Notes under the pieces: model-generated
Seen by the model: the letters and a program-made list of their open reading frames with translations, nothing else
What the model was told of the DNA's origin: nothing
Databases searched by the model: none
Position numbers and translations under genes: made by a program
Assembly (NCBI GenBank): GCA_051294375.1
Contig: CM119270.1
Coordinates: forward strand, 13,991,316-14,055,315
Direction: 5' to 3'
Length of the DNA stretch: 64,000 nucleotides
Origin: Paraspadella gotoi
Taxonomy: Eukaryota > Animalia > Chaetognatha
Part shown: in pieces, positions 1 through 12,440 of the stretch
How positions within the stretch are numbered: the first letter of the stretch is position 1
Layout: each line of letters starts with the position of its first letter

Positions 1-194
1 CATATACGTAGTTATAAAGTAATAGATGGATTGATTATAAGAATACCAGACCGACCGAAAAGGCGTTCGAAAAGTCGCGGCTGTTCCAACGATTAACGAG
101 AACCTAAAACGGCAAGACTGCGATAATTTAATACAGCGTTATCAACTTATTTTATGTTACATAAATCAACTATTTTCCGTTTCGATTACCCAGC

Positions 195-2790
195 CTACGA
201 ATTGCCGGAGACAAAGGAAGTACTCGGCAACCATTCTCACAAATTCGTGAAAATCTCCGTCGTCGAAGCGGAAGTCGACGAGAGCGTTGAGAACTACAGG
301 ATCCTTCGGTAAGTCATATAAGTCACATACGATTAATAATTTTACAAAAACTAAATTGACTTTGATTTAAACTTTCTCAATCTTGATTTAACACTTTAAT
401 AGTGAAGATACATCGTAAATAGTTAAACAAAGTTAACAAGTAACGAAGTCAAAGATGATCATTGATGAATGTCCCCCCCATTTACATCTCCAGCCTCCTA
501 CTTGGCCATTCCCCCTCTCCCGTCTATTTCTCGACGAGGAATCCGCGATGCCAACGCCACGTCGTCAACCGACGACTTCCGGTTCAGCGTCAAAGCGGCG
601 GCGAAGATCGGGCGGTTCACCCGGAACTCAACTTGGAAATCGCCGTCATCCAACAGGTAGGAGGAAGATGGAACGAGACAATTTCAGATATTTATGTGCT
701 TACAGATGACATGACTTTACGAAACTATTAAAGATACGAGAAAAACGTTATTCTCTTACAAGAAAAATTCGAGCCAGTAATTGTAAAAGGTTGGCAGCGG
801 TGGGATTCGAACCCACGCCCCGAAAGACTGGTGCCTTAAACCAGCCGCTTAGACACTCGGCCACGCTACCAGATGACTCTTTTTGTTGCATATGTTTATG
901 ACTCGGTTACACTTTTGGTTATAAATTTTTTTATCAGTTGAAAATAAAACGGATAGCTGAATAAATTTCAATCAGTTAATATACCCGCACCTGTTTTTGA
1001 ATATTTTTTTGTTACTTTTTTTAGCTTAATTCATAAGGTTCATGTGTAACGGTTAGCCAGGACTCTGAATCCTTAACCGAGTTCGAATCTCGGTGGAACC
1101 TTTTTTTTCGGATTGTACCCTTAATAAAGTTTAATTTTTATTTTGAATTCATTACAGAAAAAAAATGACTCAGGAAACAAACAAAAGAATAGAGAAGAAA
1201 CTGTTATAAAAAATGACACTAACGAGCCACTTAACCAAACAACGTCCACCCAAAAAGAAACAAGCAGAGACAGAATGAAAGACGTTTAGGAGAAAATAAC
1301 GAAAACAAATAGAATAAAGAACAGAAACACGAAAAAGGACAACGCAGAGAGAGAATTCCCCGTCACGAACGGAAGTCGCCGGAGTTTTTAGACGAAAAAC
1401 AACAACACAACAAAAACCGTGGATATTCCACTGTCTCCTTTCCTCTCCCCTCTCCTTTTAATACCAACTCTCCGTCTTGCTCTTCTCTTTCCTCTTCCTC
1501 CCAGCTTTCCCCAATCATTTTTTCTAACCCCGGTATCGATTAATTTCCGGAAAAGCCGGTCGCGGGTTCGATCCCTGTCCCTGGTCGGACTTTTTTGTTT
1601 ATTAAGAAAAAAAATTCTCGCGATTGACTGAATAAACCAAAACCAAAATTTTCGGGTTGAAACGAACAACAAGTCTTCTGCTCCTTTTCCCCCCTTCGTC
1701 CCACTCCACCCCCCGAAGCTCGAAAACGGGAAATGGGAACTGAGCGAGCTGGAGCGACGGCGGAGACTCCGTCGCGATTGGAGAGACATTCGCACGCAGT
1801 TGGACGACATACGGACGACGAGGAACGGCGACGACGAAATCGACGTCGAGGTGGACGATCCCGTCAAAGACGCCTACTTTGTCTTCAACGTCTTGGTCAA
1901 GGTGAATGGAGATTGAAATCGGTGAAGTGAGGAGTGTTCATAGTTTGGGGTGAGGAGTGATTTTGGGATGTGGTAGGTGGTCTGATGTTGTCCAAATAAT
2001 ATCGGGGAGACTGGGAAGTCATGAAAAGACCGAAGGTCCTGGTTTGAGCAAATCATTCATGGCGAAGTATTTTAAATTTCAAATTGTGATTTCATTTTCC
2101 GAAAATTGTTTCGACGCCATATTTATTCTATGAAAGTTGCAAAATTACTTGTTTCCACTACTTTATTTGATTTTTAATTTTTTAGATTAAATAACTATTA
2201 TTTATGATTTTATTTAATTGTTAAAGTATTTTTGCTTTAAATACTTAAATATATATAATATTATTTATCTGTTGGACGGGGAAGTTAGAGCTGTCTTCTC
2301 GGAAATAGAGCTTCAAAATGCTCTATATCATAATGACCAAATTTTTAATTTCAGACGAGTTGAACTGGTACCGAACTGGGAACGTCGTACTCATCGCCAA
2401 ATGGATTAGAAACGTGTGCGACAAAATCAGGCCAGCGACATTGACAAAGTCTGGTCGGAGATCGACAACAACAACTCGGGTAAGAACCTTGATTAATTTA
2501 TTAGTACTAATTATAATATTTTTAAAACATTTCATGAGTGTGATCTTAAACGTCTTCAAGCTTTTAACACTTTAATATATTATTTTTTTCTCTTAAGGAA
2601 AAACCACGATTCGCCAAACGTCATTGTTGACATAACCGACAAACGGACACGACCGACAAGAAGAAGAAGATAACAAGCAAAAGGACGACGGAGTAGACGA
2701 CAAAAACGGACGCCATTAACGACAACGGAATCAACAAAGAAGAGCTTTACGAAGAAGAAGACGGAAACTCGGCCACGCGTAATTTGATGT
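195..2790 (+). CDS. Putative multi-exon gene fragment, weakly cadherin-like beta-sandwich repeats (exons ~195-308, 494-656, ~1720-1901, 2356-2479, ~2598-2790)
   Basis: GC-richer blocks are bounded by AG/GT splice-like sites (gtaagt at 309, gtgaat at 1902, gtaaga at 2480). Peptides YELPETKEVLGNHSHKFVKISVVEAEVDE, FRFSVKAAAKIGRFTRNST and YFVFNVLVK/DELNWYRTGNVVLIAK loosely resemble cadherin strands. Phases do not all match (indels), and the family call is inference. Confidence 0.3.
792..870 (-). tRNA. tRNA-Leu(AAG)
   Basis: Reverse complement reads GGTAGCGTGGCCGAGTGTCTAAGCGGCTGGT-TTAAGGC-ACCAGTCTTTCGGGGCGTGGGTTCGAATCCCACCGCTGCCA. This matches the canonical metazoan tRNA-Leu(AAG), with long variable arm and B-box GGTTCGAATCC, apart from a few small indels. 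Confidence 0.9.
1037..1101 (+). tRNA. tRNA-Gln(CTG), with several apparent deletions
   Basis: GGTTCATGTGTAACGGTTAGCCAGGACT-CTG-AATCCTTAACCGAGTTCGAATCTCGGTGGAACCT closely follows the canonical tRNA-Gln(CTG). It is about 7 nt short (sequencing error or pseudogene). Confidence 0.85.
1101..1108 (+). terminator. RNA polymerase III oligo(T) terminator of tRNA-Gln
   Basis: T8 run immediately after the tRNA 3' end. Confidence 0.7.
1556..1596 (+). pseudogene. tRNA 3'-half or tRNA-derived SINE remnant
   Basis: GGTCGCGGGTTCGATCCC (T-arm/B-box) is followed by T6 at 1591. No recognisable D arm or anticodon arm upstream. Confidence 0.3.
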
Positions 2791-4157
2791 CCTCTCCGCT
2801 TGCCTTTTGTTTTTCGTTTCCACGCTCGTCCACTGCATCGTTCGGTTAGAATGAACACGCTTTCTCGTCAAATGAACATCGCTAAGAACTCGAGATTTTA
2901 GAAAGCCCGTGCTATTATGCTATTTTTTTATTCATTAAACCGCTGATGAAATATATTATATATATTTTTAATCGTACTCTACTCCCTGCTTATTTTCATT
3001 CTTTAAAAAAATTATTAGGGCTTTGGGATTTGTTTCTATTTATATTGTATTATAAATTCAGTTAATTTTAAAAAATCGACTTCTTTTTGAGATGGTTGAC
3101 TTTACATCGAATCGTTCTATTCAGCTTGCGCTTTATTATTCAAATCATATTACACTTGTTCACCATAATTTCATCATATTTTTTTTCGCCGTTATTCCAT
3201 TCATAACATGTGTAATTTTTTCCCCTCTCTTTTAAATCTGAAAATAGTGTCTTTTTTCCCCCCTTGTTTTCTGATAACGAAATAAAAATTCAGTTACGTA
3301 AACAATATTTTTTAGTTTTTTCTTTTAATAAAAAAAAAAAAAAACAAAATAAGGAAAACGCAAATTTCCATCCTCTTTTCGGTTAATCAAATTTAAACAT
3401 GAAATTTGACTTTAACGGTCAAGACGGTAATCGAAGATCGTGATCGATGTCACGTTTCAACGAGTCTCGATCTCACGATCGCCCCTTTCGACGAAACTAA
3501 TAATCGGCGGGAACGATTTGCGAGAATGTCAAAACGAACGCCTATCAATCCACTGTGACATTTAGACAGAAAGTTACTCCGTTTTAGAAAAAACATTCCA
3601 AAAAAGAGTTGAATTCCGATCCCTTATCTTTTTAACTTAAAAAAAAAATTCCCCCCCCCCATCGACTCAAATCCCTCTAATAAAATGTATATAAAGAATA
3701 ACATCCTGGGCTCGTTCTCTCGTCGTTGAAAAGTGAAAGACTAAAAAAAAACGAGCAGAAAAGAAAAAAGTTGAGTAAATTAATCATCACTGAGTGACAC
3801 GAGGAAAATAATTAGATATAATGCCTTTACTCGTCAAAGGTTTTTTTGACAGCATTTTTTATTTTCATTGTTTTACTTTACAGATTCAATTCTTAAAGTA
3901 AAACAAAGATAATATTGCAAATGACTTGAAAGGGTACGAGTTCTCTTTAAAAAAATCATGTTTATGCTGAAAAATAGAAAGGTAAAAGTAGTGTGTTAAT
4001 TGTGATCTGTTGAGAAATAAAAGTATGAATGTTATATAATAAATGAAGAAAAATTAAAAATAAAAAAAAAAATCTTGACATCTAACAGATGGAGGTGAAT
4101 CTCTTCTAAGTCCAAGCAAATTTTAATTTATGGAATGATCAAATACGACTGAAGAAT

Positions 4158-4225
4158 GGACAATTGGACAATCTGGACAATTGAACAATTGGACAATTGG
4201 ACAATTGACAATTGACATTGGACAT
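4158..4225 (+). repeat. 8-bp tandem repeat (GGACAATT)n, degenerate
   Basis: Repeated ggacaatt/gacaatt units are directly visible. Confidence 0.8.
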
Positions 4226-4243
4226 TCCACTAAATGATCACGA

Positions 4244-5790
4244 TCAATCCGAAGCGACGAAGCCAGGTCCTGAGTTTTTGCAATTAGAATCCTCATTTCG
4301 ACACACGTTGCACATGTACGGACATCGTAGCAGCTGAAAACCTTTTTGCATAAGACTTGTCCCACGTTTGCCGCAGAACAAGGAGTCTCTCTTGGGGCAG
4401 TTGAGTTCCCCGCAGTCTTTGCCCTTGAACACTTTGGTGCATTTGACTTGCAGGTGGTCAGGTCTAGTTTTCCGTGTTGTGACACTTAATCTGCGGAATT
4501 TCAAGGGATGAATTTTATGTTAAGCTAATACAAAATGCGGGCAACTCTACCCGGTCCCTACTCAATACTCACCCCGCACGCGCCCCTCGCACACCCCGCA
4601 CATGTAAGGGCACGTTTTCGGGCACGTTGTGGTACTGTTCGCATAGTCTTTTGGGTAGCCCCTCGGGTAGGCGCTGCCCGCACAGCTCGGGGTCGTGGGC
4701 GGACAGTTTTGCCTCGCACGTCTCGCCGCGCCAGAGATCCCGCACGCTCATGGCAAGTGTCGAGGCTAAGCGAACCACCCGTTGTAGAAACTTTACCCCG
4801 CAGTCGCACAGTCCGTCTTTGCATCGGCCGGACACATGGAGCAGCGATCATGCTCGTCGGAGGCCGGCTTATGGCAACATGTGTTGTAGTTGCCGCCTTA
4901 GGTGAGAGAACAACTTGGTTAAACATTCATCATTTTTTAAAGGTTGGGAACAGGTAAATTTTGATGTTTCATAATTGAAACTAGGTTTAATGAATTTAAA
5001 AAGGACTAAATCTTCCTATACCGAACCTGGTCGTAGTGCAGACGAGATTAAGCCGTGTAGCCCCACTTCCGGATGTCGGGACACCAAGTCGAGGCGCATC
5101 CCACTCTGGAGGTGTTTGACCAAACCAATTGAGATAGTGTCCGCACTGGAGGTTGGTTGCGTTCGGCCTCTTCCTTGCGACCGAGATCCCCAGTCGCAGT
5201 CGGCGATCTCTCGATACCATCGAGACACGGCCGTCTTCCAATTGTTGGAGAAGTGGCCACCCTGGGGTTAGGGGGGAGTGGGTGGGGGGGGGGGTAAGTT
5301 GAGGAAAATCCAAAGAGGTTGAACGAATCGTAATGAAAAAGAAATGAGTGGTCGAAAAAAACAAGTTTTCTCTATTTTTTTTCGACCACTGCGTGCAACA
5401 AGCTTTAAAGGCAGTTCCGGAACAACGGAGGGAAAAATATGGGCCGATGGCTACGTAAACAATGTAAAATAAAAAAAAATATATTAAAAAAAGTATTATT
5501 TGTTATCATTCAAACGTTAATTCGGAAGCCTTTAGAGTTATCAAGATAAAAAAAAAAAAACATAGCGCGAACATAAATGCACATAGAACGTAATTAAGAC
5601 AAGTTTCGGCCGTGCACATTTTTTTAGTACCATTCGTTAATCTAAATCATCTCGCAGGTATAATCGCGCGGATCTCTCCACGAAAGTTTCTCGCTACAAC
5701 GACAAAAGTTCACGAGTTGCCGATCGGTACGAAAAAGAGACTGTGAGAAGTGCACGAAAGAGTTACAATCATGTTACCAATCAAGTTTCT
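4244..5790 (-). CDS. CAP/SCP (CRISP-like) secreted protein, copy B, with two C-terminal Cys-rich EGF-like + ShK-like modules (frameshifted)
   Basis: Exon ~5027-5261 reads, with frame jumps, WKTAVSRWYREIAD...QCGHY/SQLVWSNTSRVGCASTWCPD.../NLVC, the CAP C-terminal signature GHYTQxVWxxTxxVGC. Exons ~4573-4870 (CKDGLCDCG...DPELCG...CEQYHNVPE/CPYMCGVC) and ~4244-4490 (LDLTTCK/KCTKVFKGKDCGELNCPKRDSLFCGK...CPYMCNVC) are Cys-rich. The 5' exon near 5580-5740 is weak. Confidence 0.75.
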
Positions 5791-6419
5791 TCGCCAGCAG
5801 TTGCTTCCTGTTTAGTAACTGAAATATAATGATAAAATAGATGCAGCCGTAAGGACATAATCGCGACGGTCGAACAGTAAAAATTCACAGCATCAATATA
5901 AACAAGTTGCAACAGCTTGATTAAATGGCGAAAATTTCCCGCGTTGATCAGACATCACAATGCGCCATCAAAAATAATCTCACGACAAAAATATAGGCAT
6001 AATTATTAACGCCGATAGAATAACGAGGAAGCTCGTTGGCACGTAGGCTAGAATAATAGCGCAGTATAAAATCATAAAGTTGGAAATATGTATGTTTACC
6101 CTGTTAATTTAGTAATCGAGATTTGAATTAAAAACGTTTTCAAAACTTACTTTCTCGAAAACTATATTTTTTCTTTTAATTCGCTGATTATATAACGAAA
6201 AGTCGTTATAAAACGTTTCAAATCTCCGAAGATTCAAAACACCCGTACGCGAGTCGGACCTTAAATTAACAAGTAAAATCGGGTAATCCTTCATATCACA
6301 TAAAGGAAAAAAAATATATTAAAATAAATTGTGTGAAAAACCAGAAAAAACCATCGAATTTAACCGCAACGACTTAACGTTAATCGTTAACGCTTTCGAA
6401 AGTATTAATGCTTTCGGCA

Positions 6420-8790
6420 CCGTCTTACCGTTTGCGGCGAAACGTTGCACATGTAAGGACACTCGTAGGAACGGTAATGATTCGTCTGCAATAACTCTTG
6501 TCCCATTTCTTGCCGCAGATCCATGGAGTCCTTTCTGTCGGACCATACGCAATTCGCCGCAAGTGTCGCTCCAAATCATCTTCTGGCATTTGCAGAGAGC
6601 AGGCTGGTCGAAGTCGACGTCCCGCCATTTGCGCAGGATTTGCCTAGAGGAAAAAAGATTTTCTTGAGGTTTCTCTTGCGAGATTTGTTCTTCGTGGCCG
6701 TAGCTTCCGCGTGTATGATGTGTATCGTTTTCAAAACCGCTTAAGGCTTAGCTTGAATTTTAATGCAAGAATTAAATATTTTAAATATAAAAGAATAATT
6801 CAAATTTCAAATCCGTAAACCTACGAATTCTTGACAATGGTTTTATCGTTGCTGAATTGAAAAATGTAAATCCCAAACACTAAAGGCCATCAAGAACATC
6901 AAAAAAACACCTGTCTAACAACACACACACATCTCACAATAAGCAACAACCAACAACATAACCGCTTTCAACCTCCGTCGATCTGCGCTACCTGTGCAGA
7001 TGCCGTCACTATTGTGCGACATTCGCGCTGCCACCTTTCTATTCTCTTGTCGCAGTAATCTTCTGGGTAGCCCCCTCGGCTAGCGGCAGCCGCAGATCTC
7101 GTGGCTCGGTGGGCGGCAGCCTTCTCTCGCAACTAGGTCGGCAAAAAGCGGGTGACAGGAGCAGCTGCAGGAGCTCGGCGTCCAGCGGTCCCTCGTTGTA
7201 GCAGACTTGCCGCCGCAGTCGCACAGGCCGTTCGCGGCATCGGGATCGCACATGGCGCAGGACCGCGAGACTCGGCGCGGCGGTAAGGGGTCGTGCGGAG
7301 GGCGTTAGTCCTTCCTCGGTCCGTAGTTACGAGACGAGGCTGAAGCCCGTGTTGCCGGGAGAGCCCGCCGGATTTTCCGGCCAATCAGCCACTTCCGGGC
7401 ACCAGGCCGAGGCCGCAGCCCAAGCGGAGATGACGTTGGAACCGATACCAGGCTGCGAGTACTCGGCGCAACGTGACCTTCGATTCTTGGCGACGAAGAT
7501 CGCCATACAATCCGAGGTTACATTCAAATTGCGAGTACCATCTGCGGGACGGCAGTGCGCCAGAAGCTGGTGGCTGGATCGATGGCTGGGTGGGTGGCGG
7601 AAGGGGTTAGAGGTGGATAAGGCTGGAAAAAAGACTGAGGGAAGGAAAAAATGACAGAAATTAGAAAAGGGAAAAGAAAGAGAGTTGAAAGAAGGAAAGA
7701 GAGAAAGAAAGGTGAAAAAAGAGAGAAATAAGAAAGAAAGAAGGCAAAAAGGATTCAAAGAAAGGGAGAAAAAAAAAGGGGAAAAAAGAGAAAAGTCGTA
7801 AAGAAGATAAAAAGAGAGAAAAAAGAAAGAACGAAAAGAAAGAAGAAAGAAAGAGAAGAAAGAGAAAGGAAAGAAAGAAGGAAAAAAAGATAAATAAATA
7901 AATAAAAAAATAAATAAGTAAATAAATAAATAAATTAATAAATAAGTAAATATAATAAATAAATAAATAAAAAAATAACATAAAATAAATAAAAATAATA
8001 ATAAATAACGAAAGAAAAGAAGAAAAAAGAAGAAAGAAAAGAAAGAAAAAAACTACTACCTTGCCCACTTTTTTCAAGTGATTGATTAGCCCTGCGAATT
8101 CGTAGGTTAATGTTTCAGTTTGTTTACGTTGTTTAGTAATGTTACGAGCTTAAAAGATCGAACTAGTGAATCGGGTCGTGAATCGGCAACGATGCTCGAT
8201 TTTCGTAGGAAATAAAAAAATCGATCCGGCTTTTTTTTTTAAATTTTTACTTTTTTTTTCATCATGAGCCTTACACAACTTCTCTCATATATGTTTTTTT
8301 TTGATTTTCTTTTGTAAATTGTTAAACGGATCCACTTGTGATGATGTAAGCAAAAAATAAGTGAAATCTCTGAAATGACTCATTCGTCGCCGGTATCTCA
8401 CGGTTAAATCTCATTTTACTTGTACAAAAGTGCACGCGAGTCAAAGAGAACAGAACCTATGAATCAAACAAAAAAACTCACCAATGTGTTTTTCCACCCA
8501 AATTGTCCAGATGCCTTTCTTGCCTAAAGCTCGACAGGCATATACATTTTTATATTTTTTTTTAACGAATTGCACGATTAAAATAGCACAATATTATTAT
8601 CTTCTCTCGTCCACCTGGTGTCGTGAGCGAAGAGGCAGTTGGTTCAGCGTGAATCTTGGCCTTCTTCACGTTCGTCGTCCAACCATTTTCTGCATTGTCC
8701 GCCACTGGGATTTTGGAGATGGGTAACCTCGGACGCCTGTGTGATTCATTGAAATAGTATTTCAACAAAAGTATTCGAATACATCGCAAA
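6420..8790 (-). CDS. CAP/SCP (CRISP-like) secreted protein, copy A, same architecture (frameshifted)
   Basis: Exon 8615-8790 gives HRRPR...PVADNAE/W..KKAKIHAE/CLFAHDT, the CAP N-terminal pattern. Region ~7320-7560 gives CAEYSQ...SAWCPE...GFSLV/YGP. Regions ~7030-7310 (NGLCDCGG/VCYNEG...) and ~6420-6720 (CANGG...WSDTCGELR...WICGKKWDKSYC...CPYMCNV) are paralogous to the modules of copy B. Confidence 0.7.
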
Positions 8791-11700
8791 CTGTTGAAAA
8801 TAAAAAAATAAGCTAGAAATACTTCTTACTTCAAAATAATTTTGAAAGCTGAGTAAAGTGGAGTAAGTGAGAATTTTAATCATAAGAAACATGTCTAGGG
8901 CTGAATTTGTTAAACACCACAAACGTAAAATTTACTATCAGTTACTTTTTATAAAAGACTCTCATTTTAGAATGACATCGTAGTTGAAGTAACGATTCTA
9001 AAATATTAATAATAACTTCTATATGCCAAATAGCTTAAAGTCCTGATACCTGGCAGTTGTCCTCTGTAGCCGATGTGCGCTCCAAATCTCATCCTTTTGT
9101 ATCTGAGTCAAGCTTCCGATTTTTTCAGTTTGCTTCACTTCAGTTTTGTACAGGCGTTCTCTTTGATCGCCTCCTTGATCTTTCCTAAATTGGATGGTTT
9201 GTTCATTACGTTTTTGTTAAAATGAAATAAATTCATATAACGTGTTTTCTACCTTTTTCGGCCATGATCTGCAGTAATTGCTTCTCGGGCAGAAAATGTT
9301 TTCCGTTCCAATTAGTTTCTTTCTCCCATTGTATTTCCGTTGTATCTTCCGTTGTATTTTCCGTTTGATTGTTACGCCCTCTGACGATCGACGTTCTGGC
9401 GAACGATCTCGACGACGACGAAAACTCCACGACTTCGACGGACGACGACGACGAATTGCGGCGACGAACGACGAGAAACCCGCGAAGATGACCGACGAAG
9501 ATGAACCCGACGAAGAACGACCTCACGACGACGACCCGAATCGTGAGGACGAAGGCTTTCGTCTTCGCCGCCGCCGTCTTCGTCGTTGTCGTCTTCCGCG
9601 AGAATTCCGGCGCCGAGATTCCGCGGTCCGCCGAGTCATTCGTTGAACCGTTCTCGCGACGGCCGAGTTTTGGTGGATTCTTCGATGTCGGCGTCGTTGG
9701 AATCGGATTCTTCGATTAAAGCGCTTGTTATTCTCTTTCTGCTCTGACTTCAATTCCAATGGAACCGGAAGTGCGCTCACGGCGTCTACGACATCTTGCG
9801 GCGTCGATTTTTGGGCAGCCCGTGGTTCAGAGAAATAGAAAGGAAGACAAATTCAAGAGGGCGTGCCGGAACCACGCGATATGCTCACTTGGAGGCCGAC
9901 ATTTCGTTGATTATAGATCGCTAAATAAGTTATCACCTTCTCTTGTAGTACATGTATTATTATTTATTTTTCATCACCGATCAAGGTTGATTGAATCTGT
10001 TAAATTTATCGACGCTTCTTTTACTCTTCGGTTTCAGACTTTTAAATAAAAATCCTTATGTTTTTTCCACGTTTTTTTTAAATACCGCTCCCGCTCTCTC
10101 TCTCTCTCGTTCGTTTCTCTCTCTCTGCTCTCTTTCTTTCGCAGCGATATATCTTTTTCCCCCTCGGGCTTTCCCCTTTCTTTCTCATGTTTTATCCCAA
10201 GGACGAACAGGAGAAGAGTTGTGAGAATCTAAAAATAAAACCTGAAGTCAATTAAAAAAATAATAAAAAAATGGGATAAATATAAAACCTGAAGCAATAA
10301 AAAGTATAAAGTTAAAGCAATGAAAAAATGATAAACAAAAAACAGAGAAAAAAAAACAAATAAAAAAAATATATGAACATAAACAATCTCTTAGAAATAA
10401 AAAGGAAGATAAAAATCGTAAAGAAGAAATCTCTCGCATTCGCAGAAATCACGAAATCGATCAAAGAAAATAAATGAACAACAAAAAAAAAAAAAAAAAT
10501 CCGTTATTAATGCCGGAAAAATCACAAACTCGACGCTGAAAAATCACAGACGGAATCGATTTTCGTCACTGATTTTAACTATTAGAGTTATTTCCTCCAC
10601 CGTTGAGCGTTCGGCATCAAGGGAGGGGGGGGGGGTTCATGGATGTAGCTGGTTAAATAAAATATTAATGATTCTAATAATTTCTGTTACAAAAAACTAA
10701 ATAAAAAGTCTCTCCCGGATGTGAGAGAATGAGAATCCAATTTACTGCGTACGAAAAAGGAACTTGTGTGTTTATATCGAAGAGAAGGAAGAGAAAGAGA
10801 GGAAGAGAGAGGAGAGAGGGAGAGAGAGGAAGAAGAACGAATGTAAACATTTCTCTGTTGTCACGGAAAAACGCGCAGCTTTCGCATAGGTCAATTAGTG
10901 TGACATCGAGAGGAGCGTCTTGTCACGAAATATGTTAAAAAAGTGAAAAAAAAAAAGAAAGACGGTTTTCGTCTCTCGTTTTCGTTCCCGACGCAGAAAA
11001 TGACGACTGTTTTTATTCTCCCCTCTTCCATCCCCCCTACTCTGCCCACCCTTCATCGCCTTTGTATCTCTTCAAGGGTGCGACGTGCTCGTTGTGATTC
11101 GTTATGGCGATAAATTCTTTGTTAAATAAGAACCTTATTCTCTTTATGGTCGTTAGGATGCTACATATCTCTTTTTTCAAATTATTTTTATTAGTCTGCC
11201 GCAATCGTACGCACGGCATAAAAAATTACTTTAAGATAATCCATCCTATATGTCAGAGAATTGTACTTTAATCATTGACTATTCATAAGTCTATATCAAT
11301 AGTACGAAACAGGCGTCTGTCGGTTTCATCCGTCTCCGAGTGAGATGACCATTTTCAAAATGTTCATACTTAGACTTCAAAAAAGAACATAAAAAAATTC
11401 AAAAAAAAAATATCAATACTATAATCTTGGTTAAGTACGGAAACCAATTCAAGCACAGAACGATAACAACGGAGTTTCTTTCATCGCTTATTTTTTCTTT
11501 CTCGTTCTTTCCCCCTTCCGTCTTTTTCTTTTAAATGGAGAGAGAGAGAGGGAGAGAGAGAGGAGAGGAGACGAACAGGAGAGAGAAGAGAGAGATGACG
11601 AGAGAGAGAGGGAGAGAGAGAGAGAGAGGAGAGAACCGAGAGAGAGAGACGGGGAATATTTTGCGTTCACGCCTTTCTGTTTTATTTTTCCTGCCCTGAT

Positions 11701-12440
11701 TGAACCTTTAGAGGGGAAATTCTCAGACAAAAATCTGTCAGCGAATATAGAGACATTGATGTCATGAGCTATAAATTGACCAACTTAAACACTTTTTTTA
11801 CCTCGTACTGAGTACAAAGTACGAAGAAATAAAGGTAAAAGTTTTTTGTATTGATTTTATCTGACACAGGGCAACCGTTGTCAATGAGAGGATCATAAAT
11901 TAACTACAAACTAATATTACAAGTGAGAAGAGTCGTTGATGCTGTTTTATCACTCAACTTCAAAAATAAGAGGAGGAAAAAAATTACGATAAAAAAAGAA
12001 ATAAACAAAAATAAATGATTCATAGTTACAATGACAGGATTCAATTCAATGACGCAGAGATTCAGTTTGTGATCAATTTTGTTATTCGCCGATCGGTCAT
12101 AAATTCTTTCTCCCTTCATTCTCTTTTTAGAATATTATTTGAAACAATTTCGAAGAAACATTAAAGTCTCTAAAATACATGCAATCGTTCATCGATCAAT
12201 AAAGTTTCATATACACCATTTTTCTTGACTCTATCCCGTACTCGTTATCGTATTTTTTCATTTTAGTTTTAGTTTCTCATTCACCTGATCAATCCAACGA
12301 AGACAAAGTTTGAATCAAATCGTGTCTATTCATTCCCCCACCTTTTCCATCATTCTCTGTGAACCTCATCTATCTCTCTCATATCCCATATTCCCCACCC
12401 CCTCTTTCCATCGCCCCACGCCCCCGGTCCACCCCCCTAC

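Noticed and set aside
47-61. 15-mer CAGACCGACCGAAAA shared with 52143-52157
   Set aside because: The match does not extend, and a 15-nt match is expected by chance in a 64-kb window.
2943-2950. Other CTGATGA/CTGAAGA hammerhead-core heptamers (e.g. 2943, 14339, 29706, 53565)
   Set aside because: None is followed by a stem II plus GAAA and a cleavage triplet.
9233-9790. GC-rich block with overlapping Arg- or Asp-rich ORFs
   Set aside because: Dominated by CGA/GAC triplets with no recognisable domain. It could be a 5' exon or UTR of the CAP gene, but this cannot be supported.
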